Positions 38,178 through 50,530 are shown, counted from the first letter of the stretch. The stretch: 64,000 nt of DNA from Eledone cirrhosa (GCA_964016885.1 OZ024740.1:277202001-277266000); one strand, 5' to 3'. A program made the numbers and translations. The notes: generated from the sequence alone by a model not told the origin.

Positions 38178-38360
38178 AACAAGTAAGACCCCGACGCCTG
38201 AGCTCAAGCCGTTTCGACGGCTAATTCTGTACAATTCGTACAATTCGTACTGAGCTCAGCCGTCGGGGTCTTACTTGTTCCTATTACCCACTCTACTACC
38301 CTAAGTATTGAGTACTTTGGTACGTTATGGTCCACCTGGTTCCTTACCACATTTCCTTCG
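38173..38360 (+). mobile_element. Fold-back micro-element family P2
   Basis: Homologous to 17527-17717; inverted repeat ataggaacaagtaagaccccgacg / cgtcggggtcttacttgttcctat. Confidence 0.75.
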
Positions 38361-38500
38361 TTATATATATATATATATATATAAATATATATATATATGT
38401 GTGTGTGTGTATGTGTGTATGTATATATATATATATATAGAGAGAGAGAGAATAAGAAAATGGGAAGTAGTTTCAGACGTTAAAGTCCTTTATTGATAAG

Positions 38501-38575
38501 GCTGTGATATATATTTCAGTGATGACAGTGGCCACGCGATTCCGCCTAACCAGTGCCATGATCTCATCAGACAGC
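38501..38575 (-). ncRNA. Type I hammerhead ribozyme with long stem II
   Basis: Minus: gctgt CTGATGA gatcatggcactgg...cactgtcatcact GAAA tatata TC acagc. Confidence 0.8.
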
Positions 38576-38838
38576 TCTATCTATTACATAATAAGGTTAC
38601 GTTCTCGAGGTAATCCAAATTAAAGTGACAACGGAAAGTACAAAGATGATGACTTTGAATCCTTCACCCGTTTCCTGGTGAGACCTAATGACTCCCACAG
38701 CTTTGCGGAGCTGCAAATATGAGCGATGTTGACCATCTAACTATTACTCATAGCACAGCACAAATACCCTAGGTAAGCATCTCCTCCAACCAAACTCCCC
38801 CATCTGCTCCGGTGAGGTGACACGTATATCTATATCTA

Positions 38839-38895
<57 letters not shown>

Positions 38896-38940
38896 CTCTC
38901 TCTCTTTCTCTCTCTCTCCCTCTCTCTCTCTCTTTCTTTC

Positions 38941-39029
<89 letters not shown>

Positions 39030-39035
<6 letters not shown>

Positions 39036-39284
39036 ATAACGAGGAATCAGTAATGCATAAAAACACAATTTATCTCCGTCGATCAGCTCAGTACAGGATC
39101 TGTTACAGATCGAACCCGACTCTGCATTCGCAAGTCCCTCAGATATGTCTTGTGCATTCAAAGTGTTTTGATGCATTACTGATTCCTCGTTATCTATAAT
39201 AATATACTCTGCTCTGCGTTAGCATCGAGTGCTCAAAAGGCATAACTCCTACGGATGCATTTATTTGCAACCCTACAACAACTG

Positions 39285-39285
<1 letters not shown>
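39030..39285 (+). mobile_element. Fold-back micro-element in (TA)n
   Basis: About 37-bp inverted repeat ttatagataacgaggaatcagtaatgcat / atgcattactgattcctcgttatctataa plus a 3' extension; no intact hammerhead core seen. Confidence 0.6.
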
Positions 39286-39330
<45 letters not shown>

Positions 39331-39509
39331 TTTTGCGAGGTTTTTTATATGAAATCGTGTGTCGAAACAGATATTGTTATATTTGGGGAGGGTCATATTT
39401 GCGTAATATTGCCAGAATTAATAACAGAACACACTCACTGTTTGGTTGGTTTTCGCTTCTCGCTGTCTTTTATATATATATATCTGCGATCTAACTTACT
39501 CGGTCCTCA

Positions 39510-40889
39510 ATGTTGCCATTGACGGACCGGCCATTGACTGGGGCTAGTATCAAAACTACCCTAAAGGGCCACGTATTTAAGTTCAATGAGAAAATCTACA
39601 CCCAAAATGAGGGAGCAGCCATCGGCGTCAGCATAGCTGGTGATGTTGCCAGCCTTTTCATGGTATGGTGGGAAAGGAGACTTAAAGATCTCCTTAATGA
39701 AAGCTCCATAGACCTCATCATGTACTCTCGTTATGTAGACGATATCAATATAGTTATAAGAACACCCCCACTAGAGAGCACTAACAAGTTTGATTTAGAA
39801 CGTAGCACGATGGAAAGCATCCAGCAGATAGCTAATTCCATACACCAGAGTATAACTGTAACTATAGACTTCCCTTCCAAACACCCTAACAATAGACTAC
39901 CTGTATTAGACACAGAACTCTGGATTAACACTATAGACGAGAGAGCCCAAATTCTCCACTCACACTATGCTAAACGCATGGCCTCCAAATACCTGATACT
40001 CAAAAACTCAGCAATGTCCAGTAGTGCTAAGTTTAATATTCTGATCGCAGATTTGGTACGAGTGATGAAGAATGTGTCCAGCATGTGCGACCCAACAGAA
40101 ATGGAAGGACACATCCAACACTTCATCAACCGCATGCAGTTCTCTGGCTACAACCAAAGAGACAGAGTCAGAGTATACGAAGGAGCCATGGAAAAGTATA
40201 AGACCCTCATAGAACTGGACATGAAAGGAATTTGCCCACTATACAGGAGCAAATCATGGAATAGCTTAGATAGGGCTAGACATAAGATAGGGAAGGCCAC
40301 ATCATGGTACGACAACCAGAGATATCAGAGTGTCATGTTTGTGGACGCCACCCCTGGAGGGAAATTAGCTAACCAGTGTAGAAAGGCCCTGAGAAAGACC
40401 CACTTAAAAATAAAGGTGGTAGAAAAGCCAGGAACCACCATAAAATCCCTGATCAGCAAAACCTACCCTTTTAAGAAAACCCACTATACCAATAGGAAAT
40501 GTATCATATGTAAGGTGAACCCCCGGATAAACTGTAAAACTAGAAACGTAGTCTATAGCATAAGATGTACAGAGGGTACTTGCAGAAACATGACAACAAC
40601 ATACATAGGTGAGACAGCTCGTAGCATAGGTGAAAGGATAGACCAACACTGGGGGGAACTAAAAGGACGAAAAAACGGGTCAGTACTATACGAACATGCT
40701 AGACAACAACATGACGGTAACATAGACAACATAGAAATTAGAATAATATCTAAACATAGGAATGACCCAGCAGATAGGCAAATCAGAGAGGCCAGTGAAA
40801 TAGAAATTAGAAGACCAAAGCTAAACAGAAAGAATGAGTGGAACAACAACAACACCCAAACAAACAACACTGGCCTAAGAGAAGTATAA
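39510..40889 (+). CDS. Penelope-like RT (C-terminal part) + GIY-YIG endonuclease; first ~8 codons come from the inverted repeat
   Basis: FKFNEKIYTQNEGAAIG, YSRYVDD, LPVLD, CIIC..C, VVYSIRC...YIGETAR...RIDQH...REA...PKLN. Confidence 0.88.
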   Translation: MLPLTDRPLTGASIKTTLKGHVFKFNEKIYTQNEGAAIGVSIAGDVASLFMVWWERRLKDLLNESSIDLIMYSRYVDDINIVIRTPPLESTNKFDLERSTMESIQQIANSIHQSITVTIDFPSKHPNNRLPVLDTELWINTIDERAQILHSHYAKRMASKYLILKNSAMSSSAKFNILIADLVRVMKNVSSMCDPTEMEGHIQHFINRMQFSGYNQRDRVRVYEGAMEKYKTLIELDMKGICPLYRSKSWNSLDRARHKIGKATSWYDNQRYQSVMFVDATPGGKLANQCRKALRKTHLKIKVVEKPGTTIKSLISKTYPFKKTHYTNRKCIICKVNPRINCKTRNVVYSIRCTEGTCRNMTTTYIGETARSIGERIDQHWGELKGRKNGSVLYEHARQQHDGNIDNIEIRIISKHRNDPADRQIREASEIEIRRPKLNRKNEWNNNNTQTNNTGLREV

Positions 40890-41156
40890 ATAAGTAAATA
40901 AAATAAAATAAAATAAGATAAATAAATACATACACAAGCACATAAACACACACTAGTCACCCAGCAGACACAACACTATACACACTAGTCACACATCACA
41001 CATAACACTATACACACACGCAAACGCATGCGCAAAGAAGACAAAATAAAATAAGATAAACAAACAAGCAAATAAATAAATAAATATATAGACAGACTGA
41101 ACAAAAAAAAAATGGCGTAGACATACAACACAACAGGAGGAACAATGAATATAACA

Positions 41157-41205
41157 CCACTGACGATGTTGCAGATGTGCAACGAAAGATTTATGTAAAT
41201 TATGT
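41157..41205 (+). ncRNA. Degenerate hammerhead in the PLE pseudo-LTR
   Basis: CTGACGA t-gttgca-gatg-tgcaac GAAA gattt-atgt-aaat TA; stems I and III imperfect. Confidence 0.6.
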
Positions 41206-41427
41206 AAACTATATATATGTGTTTGTGTCTATATTGTATCTGTATTATTTTTGACCGCCGGTCAGTCAATGGCAACATTGAGGACCGAGTAAGTTAGATC
41301 GCAGATATATATATATAAAAGACAGCGAGAAGCGAAAACCAACCAAACAGTGAGTGTGTTCTGTTATTAATTCTGGCAATATTACGCAAATATGACCCTC
41401 CCCAAATATAACAATATATATATATAT

Positions 41428-42262
41428 GAAAAACGTTGTGGTTCAATGCAAGGGGATGCAAAACAATTATATGAAAAAGGTAAAATAAGAAAATTGTAGT
41501 AATTAGCTTACTTACTTAAATTTCACTCCAACTAATTAGTTTCTGAAAGGGAATATACATAGTCTCCAAATGGGAACCATGGAGAAATCTTTTCGTCATC
41601 AGGGAGTCATTCTCAGCTAAGATACCTGGCGATGCGCGGACACAGGGAACTTATACAAAAATATTCAGTGGATGAAAAAGAGCAAGCGGGGACTAAATTG
41701 CAAGACACTGAAAAAATCACTGCCTTCTTGTTCGGTGGCAAATTCAAAAGTATCAATCACGTGACATCGAGGTTAATCAGTGAGGAGTGGGGTGTTAAAA
41801 AGACAGTAGCCAAGCTGTTACTATGAACTATAGTAGTAATTTTGGCAAATTTTTGCTCAACAAAATAATTTGGAGATAATTATAAAGAATGAGTATATCT
41901 ACCAACATATATATATACAGATGTATACCTATGCAAGCAAATATATAGGTTTTGTCTTAGTAACTTTGTAGTTCAATGCAAGGGGATGCAGAACAATTAT
42001 ATGAAAAAGGTAAAATAAGAAATGTATAGTAATTAGCTTACTTACTTAAATTTCACTCCAACTAATTAGTTTCTGAAAGGGAATATACATAGTCTCCAAA
42101 TGGAAACCATTGAGAAACCATGGAGAAACTAATTAGTTGAAGTGAAATTTAAGTATTGTTCTGCATCCCCTTGCATTGAACCACAAAGTTACTAAGACAA
42201 AACCTATATATTTGCTTGCATAGGTATACATCTGTATATATATGTTGGTAGATATACTAATT

Positions 42263-42270
<8 letters not shown>
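41428..42270 (-). mobile_element. Non-coding PLE/retrozyme-like element with direct and inverted terminal repeats
   Basis: Direct repeat 41437-41587/41967-42116 (530-bp period); inverted repeat 41881-41997/42156-42269; hammerhead inside. Confidence 0.75.
41525..41607 (-). ncRNA. Type I hammerhead ribozyme with long stem II
   Basis: Minus: actcc CTGATGA cgaaaaga..tctcca..tggaga..ctttca GAAA ct-aatt-ag TT ggagt. Confidence 0.75.
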
Positions 42271-42294
<24 letters not shown>

Positions 42295-42297
<3 letters not shown>

Positions 42298-43383
42298 CTA
42301 ACTAAGAACATAGATTTTACATGTGGCCGGTGTTCTGGTGCAATAAGTAGCAGCAAGTGCCCACAAAATACTAGCTCTTTCAATTGCGCAGAGGGTTCTA
42401 TAGAAATAGTGGACAGCTTCTGTTACCTGGGCGATAAAATCAGCAGTGGGGGAGGGTGCTCTGAAAGTACTGTAGCTAGAGTCAGAACTGGTTGTTAAAA
42501 GTTCAGAGAGCTTATACCACTATTAGCTGCTAAAGGGTTCTCCCTAAAAATGAAAGGCAGGTTGTACGATGCCTGCATACGAACAGCAATGTTGCATGGC
42601 AGTGAGACCTGGGCATTGTGTGCAGAGGATATACGCAGACTAGAGAGGAACGAAGCTTGCATGCTCCGCTGGATGTGTAACAGTAATATACGTGAACGGC
42701 AAAGCATAAACGAACTAAGGAAAAAATTAGAGATAAGAGGGATCAGATGTTGTTTACTCGAGAGAAGGCTACGTTGGTATGGACACGTGATGCGCATGAA
42801 AGTCGATAGCTGTATAACAAAGTGCAGGGCAATAAAGATAGACGGTAGTCACGGAATAGGCAGACCTAGAAAAACCTGGGACGAGCTGATAAACTCCGAC
42901 ATCACACACTTACACCTCTCCAAGACAATGTCACTGGACCGAGACCTTTGGCGGTACTCAGTAACAGAGAAGACCCGCCTTACCTAAATATATAGTAAAA
43001 CCTACTCCAGCCAGTAGGCATCTCTAACAAAATACACCCCGTCCCACCACCCCCACCCCATCCACACCACCCCATTCTATGTAAAGTTATGTTGGTGCCG
43101 CGCCATCCAGGCCGAAACAAATGAGATCGTGTAGGTGTCACGACAAAAAAAAAACACACAGTCCACGCTGTAATGTGGCCGTGTAGGCAACACGGTAAAA
43201 ACCTCCCAGACCCACACTGTAAATGTGGTTGGTGTTAGGAAGGGCATCCAACTGTAGAAAACCTGCCAGACAGTCCTATGCGAGCAAGACAATCACTCTT
43301 GCCTCAAGTGGGACTACCCCCATCCAAACCCATGCAAGCGTGGAACACGGACGTTAAACGTTGATGATGATGATGATGATGAT
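42295..43383 (+). pseudogene. 5'-truncated RTE-clade LINE
   Basis: FCYLGD, KGRLYDACIRTAMLHGSETW, LRWYGHVMR, GRPRKTW; 3' end gacgttaaacg(ATG)n. Confidence 0.88.
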
Positions 43384-43398
43384 ATATATATATATATA

Positions 43399-43608
43399 CA
43401 GGGTGCGGACGATATTTGTTCGCAAGATTTCTGTCTAGGAAAAGCTAACACAGTAGTTTTATTTTTAAAGATATATTTATCAAACTTGGGTCAGTTTGTC
43501 TTCATGACTTGTTCTTTCGATCTCACTCGATAAAACCGCCATTAGCTTTGATAAGGGCCTCAAGGCGGCCTCGGAACCGGCTACAGGCCTTCGTCACTGT
43601 CCCCCGAC
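43399..43608 (-). mobile_element. Tc1/mariner transposon 3' end fragment
   Basis: TA|CAGGGTG terminus; minus strand reads VTKACSRFRGRLEALIKANGGFIE*, typical of a transposase C-terminus. Confidence 0.75.
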
Positions 43609-43697
43609 TATATGTGTATATGTGTGTGTGTGTGTATATAAATTAATATATAGTGACGAAACATAAGTCAATTGCATGATCTCATAATCCTTTATTT

Positions 43698-43753
43698 ACT
43701 GCTATATATATTTCGATGATAGCCATTGAATGGTTATGACCTCATCAGGCAGT
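43698..43753 (-). ncRNA. Type I hammerhead ribozyme
   Basis: Minus: actgc CTGATGA ggtc-ataaccat-tca-atggctat-catc GAAA tatata TA gcagt. Confidence 0.8.
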
Positions 43754-44053
43754 TAGTCAGTTCTTAGATATGCCAGCTCTGTGTTTATGGTGTTGATGGT
43801 TTCAGAGCCTTGGGACATATGAGCTTGTTAGGGATAATTTAATGTAGTCAGCAGGAATAATCTTAATTCTCATTGGTCAGATGCTAGTAGGGTTGGTATT
43901 TGACCTCAAAGAGACAGGTGGTGTTGTAAAGTTCAAACCGTCAGGCAAGAAGACAATAGTTCCATATGACTGATTTTCACAAAAAGCATTCCTGGTCAGA
44001 TATATATTCAATTGAGGTTTATAGTATGAAATTCGATACTACAGGGCATTCTT

Positions 44054-44360
44054 AAATTGAGGAATTTATGTGGAGTGGTACTACTGAAAAATTATGGTTA
44101 GGGTCAAATACTAGAAAGTTTACGTATAAAAAGACTTATGTTGGTTGACTTGCACATACACTCACACCCACCCACACAGACACACACACACACATCCACA
44201 CATACAAATTGAGGAATTTATGTAGGGTGGTAATACTGAAAATTATGGTTAGAGTCAAATACTTAGAAAGTTTACAAATAAAAAGGCCTATGTTGGTTGA
44301 CTTGTGCATACACTCACACCTACCCCCACAGACACACACACACACATCTACACACACAAA
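44054..44360. repeat. ~152-bp tandem duplication
   Basis: aaattgaggaatttatgt..aaattatggttag.gtcaaatac..tatgttggttgacttg..cacacacatc occurs twice. Confidence 0.8.
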
Positions 44361-44608
44361 TCCATACAGGTGTGTATATATATGTATGTACGTACAAGTG
44401 CATATATATATATATATATACAACAGAGGCCCCCAAATCCAAGTATAAGGCAGATATAAAACGAGGTGGGTGTTATTTAAAGAAAAGTAAAGTGCGTGTT
44501 TGGAAAAGTTATTGTTTATACTTAACAAAAGTAGAGTGTGATATATATCTTCACAGCAATAGCTTACGGGCTTTGGAGCTTAGGCGAATCCCTTAGTACA
44601 TATATATA

Positions 44609-44806
44609 CGTGGGTGGAATGAAACTTCATAGGCTGACTATAGGGAAGTGATGCTAGAGATGTGAAGTCTTGCGTACAGTAACTTCAACTCCTCTTTTTA
44701 ATAACTCCATTGTTTCTTTCCAGGGATTATGTTGAAAAATAAGTTTCATTTAGTAATTCTATGAGAGTATTTTGGTCAGCCTATGTTACTTTTCAGCCGA
44801 CTCTCA
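44609..44806. mobile_element. Tc1/mariner-type MITE, second copy
   Basis: Homologous to 17069-17266; TA flanks. Confidence 0.7.
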
Positions 44807-44821
44807 TATATATATATATAT

Positions 44822-44887
<66 letters not shown>

Positions 44888-45924
44888 GCCTCATCTAATG
44901 ACTGAAACAAGTAACGAAAGAAAGAATATATGTGAGCGAGTGAGCAAGAGAGGGAGGGTTATATATTTTCTAAATGATAAATTCCTCATATAAACATTAC
45001 GACTAAAATATGAGGCTCAGTAAAACTACGTCATCACTACTGAAGTTATTTCCACAATGTAAATGAAGTTATAAAGTCTTTCTCAAAGGCACAAATAAAG
45101 AGCTAAATGCCAACAACGATACAATCTTGACATGAGTATTGCGAAATTCAAAGTTAACTATCTTCACAAAAGGCTACCCGATTAACTGCCCTGGTGTCTC
45201 TTGCCGGCATGCCCCAAATTCTGGCCTAGTGAGGTGATGTCTCTTCGCTGTATTTTCTATGACTACTACAGTGACTTGTCTTCGGAGCTAGTTGATTTCG
45301 TGCCACCTTTTGCCATTTACTCTTAACGTACTTGTCTCTTTATTTCATGTCCCGTATATTATGTATAACCCCAGGACCCCTACAAAACCCTTCACCCAAA
45401 GCTTCAAACCCATTGGAATTATCTACCAATTCATATTTTTCCTGCAGCCGACAGATTTGAAGGGGGATATTAACAGCATCGATTGCTGTTCTGGGAGGGT
45501 CTGCGAAGATCATCGGTACAACGGCTTTCTCTAGACCAAACCAATAAAACATCGAACTAGGTTAACACTAGCTGTAAACAACTCGTTACAAACTGACCAC
45601 TTTCAATATATTCTAGTCATTGTCGTTATTAAACATTCTGTCACGTGAAAGTTTTGAAAAGGAGGCGCTGGGATTATTTGTATATTCTTAAGTAGTATTT
45701 TGTAAGTTTGCTTAAGGTTATTGGAATTCATAATGCTGCATGCATAATCTTGTAAGTCCTGCTGGAGTCGTAGCGGCGCCGTATTGACATTCGGAGTTTC
45801 TAGGGCCTTTTTAAACCTGGTGGAGACCATCTCCTCTCCAGGTCTGAATATAGCAACTTCTTCCAGAGAAGGATAGAATATGAGAGGTAGGACATAAGAA
45901 AAGTGTACAGAGGACGAATAAACA

Positions 45925-46072
45925 CCAGTATTACACTGGTACTTTTTTATCGACCTCAAAAGGGTGTAAGGCAAAGTTGATCTCAGCGGGATTTGAATTC
46001 AGAGAGTAGCGAGTTGAAACGAATACCACAAGGCATTCTATCCAACGTTCTAATGACTCTGCCAATTCGATG
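45925..46072 (-). mobile_element. Diverged SINE copy
   Basis: ctggtactttttt atcgacc...ggcaaagttga..gcgggatttgaa..ctgccaattc. Confidence 0.7.
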
Positions 46073-46623
46073 CCTTCGGATTTTCATATATGAATATCAA
46101 AACAAGGGATATAAAAATTTGATTCTGCATGCAAGAATACCTTAAATATGTGACGCTACACTACTAGATGTCATACATATTAAAGTAGTTTATAAATAGT
46201 TTATAAGTATTTTTGTAGGCTACAATTAATTACTTCTATCTAGACTTCACAGTTGTGATATTGTGAGTTGTTATATAATGACAATATTTTCAGATTGTGT
46301 AAGGCAATAATTAATTCTTTGTTATTGTCATTAAGTAGATAATGAGTCTGAAATTAAATAATCATAACAACTCAGAGATAGTGGTGACAAAATTGCATTT
46401 GCCCCGGGCGTTGGATGTCGTTCCTACACCATTAGTGTAAATATTTCCCTTTAGGTAAAAGACGAATTATTGAGACACGTGTACCTGGCACTAGGGCTTT
46501 GAATTGCAAAATATTGAATAGTACATGCTAAAGTATTTGTCTGAGAATAAATAACAAACTGGGGGGGGGGGACCTGGTGTGTTCAACGATACAGTTTTCC
46601 TTAATCCACCCCACAATATATAT

Positions 46624-46740
46624 ATATCACCTTGATCACCTTGACCGACCAGTCTGTCGGGCGCCATTCGGCGCCGCTGTTCACAGCACGTGCTGTTTTA
46701 GCCATACGATGACGCCATCACACTGGCTGGGCAGGCAGGC

Positions 46741-46742
<2 letters not shown>
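46624..46742 (-). mobile_element. Short GC-rich retroelement 3' fragment in (TA)n
   Basis: Minus strand ends ggtcggtcaaggtgatcaaggtga (tandem 9-mer tail); family not identified. Confidence 0.4.
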
Positions 46743-46776
<34 letters not shown>

Positions 46777-46808
46777 AGATCAAAAGATGGTTAAAGGAGT
46801 TCCATGTA

Positions 46809-46875
46809 TTTTATTATGCGCATTTCAAAAACAAACATCATCATGCAATAATATTTGTGTTTTCATCAGATAAAA
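46809..46875 (-). ncRNA. Type I hammerhead ribozyme
   Basis: Minus: ttttat CTGATGA aaacacaaatattatt-gcat-gatgatgtttgttttt GAAA tgcgca TA ataaaa. Confidence 0.8.
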
Positions 46876-47047
46876 CAGGAGAACATGATATGAAGGCTAA
46901 AAAACACTTGTGGATAGTGCAGTTTTAAATCAAAATCTATATTATAAATCAAATCTTATATTATGCATACTCCAGTCCTACAAACTGTAGAGTGCTTCTT
47001 ATCCGATATCTGCATTGCTTTATTGTACTACAATAAAACTCCCCTCC

Positions 47048-47104
<57 letters not shown>

Positions 47105-47107
<3 letters not shown>

Positions 47108-47298
47108 GAACAGATTAAAGTTTAAGCAAAAAGAGCCCTCTTCGGATTTTAGTCTTCACACATATTATTACTATATATATATATATATATATATTAATTT
47201 ATCCTTATCGAGCCCTCTTTGGATTTTAGTCTTCAAATAAAGTACCAGTAATACACTGGGAAATTGCTGGCCTTGTGCCAAAAGTAGAAACAATTATT
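47105..47298 (+). mobile_element. Deleted relatives of the 11061-11615 element followed by a SINE 3' end
   Basis: aacagattaaagtttaagcaaa and gagccctc..ggattttagtcttca shared with 11070-11091 and 11575-11601; aaataaagtaccag...gtagaaacaatta. Confidence 0.7.
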
Positions 47299-47371
47299 AC
47301 TATATATATATATATAGTGAAAAATAGAACGGGAACAAAACAGAGAGGCAGTACGAACAAAGGTTTATTAC

Positions 47372-47430
47372 TTTCACGGGGGGGGGGGGGGGGGGCCTTT
47401 CGGGCATAAGCCCTTCTTCAGACGAAAAGT
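47372..47430 (-). ncRNA. Partial hammerhead core of a degraded PLE pseudo-LTR
   Basis: Minus: cgt CTGAAGA agggc-ttat-gccc GAAA; stem III is replaced by a homopolymer run. Confidence 0.5.
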
Positions 47431-47676
47431 GGGTGGGAAGAGAGTTCCGAGGGTGTTTAGGGGAGTGGAGGAGAGACATTTAGAAAAAAGGGGAAAGGAG
47501 GGAAAACGGTGGAAGGGGTACAAATAAAAAAAAAAAAAATAAAAAAAAAAAAACATGAAGATAAACAAGTGGTGGAAGGGTGTGGGCGTGTAGGGGTGGT
47601 GGCAGGTGGAGTGGGAAGAGGGAGGCGGGGTGTCCGAGCGGGGAGGGCTGAAGGTGGTGTATGTGTGTAGGTGTAC

Positions 47677-47737
<61 letters not shown>

Positions 47738-48549
47738 AATGTGAGAGTTGGTGGAAGAACGAGGTTCCATGTTCAGGAAAAGGTGTGTTTGTGAGGTGGT
47801 GTGTAGGTCGGTGTGTGTGGGCGTGTGGATGGTGAGGAGTCAGAGGGGTGGTGAGGGGTGGGAGAGGATTCCGGAGGCTGAGTGTGTATATATGTGGGGG
47901 TATGCACGTGTGTGTGGTGTTTATACGTTTTGTGGATGTAGGTGGCGTGGTTCGAAAACATTTTTTGTAGTGTTTGTCCGTGGGTAAGTTCCTAAGGTAG
48001 TTCCGTAGAGGGTGTGAAGCGGTGGCGGATATTTTCCATGTTATGGAGTAGATAGTGGGAACGATGGCCAATGTGTAATCCGTGGTTGTTTTGGTCGGAA
48101 GAGGGGAGATGTGGGGTGCGCGCGCAACAGGAAGTGGTTAGAGGGTCAAGGCAGGATGAGGGTAGAGGAGAATGACAGGTAGAGAGGGCTGTGTGTCTGT
48201 GTGTGCGGAGAAGTGGTCAGAGGGTCAAGGCATAGCAGCAGTAGAGGAGAATGGCAGGTGGAGAAAGTCAGTGTGTCAGTTGTGTGTGGAGGTGCGGTGG
48301 ACAGGGGGAGAGAATGGGTAGCTGTGAAAGGTGGAGTGGGGAGGGGGTCATTCGGGAGAATGGGGTGTGTATTAGTAGAGGTGTTAGTGGGATGTGTGTG
48401 TGTGAAGGGGTGCGGGTGGAGCGGGTGGAGCGGGGAGAGGGAGAGAAAAGGTGTGGTGGTCGGTGGAGGGAGTGTAGTGTACTGGTGTGTGTGTGCGTGT
48501 TATATATGCAGTTATGCGTGTCTGTATATCTGCGCACGCTTACAATTCT

Positions 48550-48890
48550 TATAGGCATATACCGAGTACCAGATGTTACGTAAACCGAAAGTTTTATCGA
48601 GCTATTTATAAGACATTACGCTTGCGATGGTGAAAAGACAAAGCTTGCCTGGAATCTTCAAATATCTGGCCACAACTCCCTGTTTAAAACCTTCATTTAT
48701 GTTACAGTCGAGTTAAGAAGAGGCAGACAAAAAACAAAAACCCTGGTCCGACAACATCAAAGACTGGACAGGCTACAACATTGAGACCCTTCTACGAATG
48801 ACGGAGAACAGATATCAGTGGCGACAACCGACTACGATAGCATATAGAGTGGCACCCCAACGACTGGCTACAACTATTACGGATACTTCG
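48550..48890 (+). pseudogene. Old RTE-type LINE 3' fragment
   Basis: RRGRQK..WSDNIKDWTGYNIETLLRMTENRYQWR..APQR. Confidence 0.7.
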
Positions 48891-49196
48891 TCGATTAATT
48901 ACCAGGCATTACTTCCAGACTTTGTTAACAGTCCTATACAATAGAACACAAGAACCCATATAATCACTCTCAATCTGGCTTCTTAATTTTTCGGTCTGTT
49001 TCCTCTTTTTCATTAACTCTCTTTCTTTAACTTTCTTCCCTTCTCTTACAGTCACAAGCATTTACTGGTGCACTTACATGCAAAGAAACATGCAGTATGG
49101 CACATGTATCTACACCCAAAATAAATATCATAAATACATACAATATGCACGCACACAAACTAACACACACACATAGACGCACACGCACGCACACAG

Positions 49197-49299
<103 letters not shown>

Positions 49300-49601
49300 C
49301 AGCTATGCTAGACCGAACACCTTAATTCTATTTCTTGTTCAGGCCGATCCACCCTACAGCTTCGAGGCTAATCGCCCAATGTACATAGGCGTCAAAACTA
49401 TGTTTTTGCAAAACTATATTGACTTCCCGCAGAAAGCGAGGTAAAGGGGTGCAATACCTTGATAACGACGACGAGTCAGATACGTTTGTTAATATATTGT
49501 ATATTTACTCCAATAATTTGTTGAGTGCTTTATATCAGTTATAAAAATATTTTTAAGCTTGTTGTATCCCAACAAATTAAATATAACCTCTGCATATATA
49601 C

Positions 49602-49632
<31 letters not shown>

Positions 49633-49839
49633 TGTATGTATGTATGTATGTATGTATGTAGATGCTATTGTGGTGGCGGGGGCAGTGAGAAGTATCTAGT
49701 TCATTTGTCCGTTTTCTTCTCTTTGCAAAATTTAATTTTAGCCATGTTATTGAGATGTAAGTAAATGTAAAATGTAAAATATAAATAAGGATTGCTCTGG
49801 TAAAATATACGAAAATATTTGTGTAACTTCCACAAACTA

Positions 49840-50530
49840 GGAAGATTAGGAAAGCAAGTGATGCTTTCGGAAAGCTAGAAAGGCGACTCTGGGGTCGGCG
49901 AGACATATGCAAGAAGACAAAGGTAAAGGTGTACAAGGCATGTGTGCTCTCTTCTCTTCTTTATGCCTGCGAGACCTGGATCAAATATCGACACCACCTT
50001 AAACAATTAGAGCATTTCCATCAGATGTGTCTCAGACGGATCCATGGCGTTCACTGGAGGGACCACATCAGTGATGTCGAGATTTTGGAAAGCTCTATGT
50101 GTGACAGTATAGAAGCTCTTGTGCTTAAGCAACGACTCCGTTGGAGTGGTCACCTTGCCAGGATGAAGGATTCTAGAATACCAAAACAACTCTTTTATGG
50201 AGAGTTAGTTAAAGGAAAACGACCGCCTCATAAACCAAAAAAGAGGTATAAGGATTCCTTGAAAGCTTCTTTGAAAGACGTTAACATCTCTGCTGATACA
50301 TGGGAAAATATTGCTGCTGATCGTAATAAATGGAGAAAGACTGTATATGAGGGAAAAGTTGCCTTTGAGGCATCTCAATCGCATAGGAGAAAGTAAAGCG
50401 GGATGTGAGGAAGGGCATTGCTGGTGCACTTCCAGACGGCGAGGGTCCTCCTATGGTGCTGACATGCAGCGTCTGTGCGAGACTCTGCTTAAGCAAAGCT
50501 GGACTCGAAAGTCATCTTCGCAGTCATAAA
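49840..50530 (+). pseudogene. RTE/BovB-like LINE 3' fragment
   Basis: IRKASDAFGKL, VYKACVLSSLLYACETW, LRWSGHLARM..RIPKQLFYGEL, C2H2 CSVC..H...H. Confidence 0.87.

Larger units (their letters stand above)
39326..41417 (+). mobile_element. 5'-truncated Penelope-like element with inverted pseudo-LTR
   Basis: About 160-bp inverted repeat 39371-39530/41257-41417 around an RT-GIY-YIG ORF; flanked by (TA)n. Confidence 0.9.

Noticed and set aside
43760-44050. Possible GIY-YIG C-terminus upstream of the 43.7-kb hammerhead (PDGLN, KPQLN-like)
   Set aside because: Too fragmentary to call
47457-48071. 204-aa minus-strand ORF as a PLE remnant
   Set aside because: Only a weak F..PP..KR..N resemblance; mostly (CA)-rich low complexity
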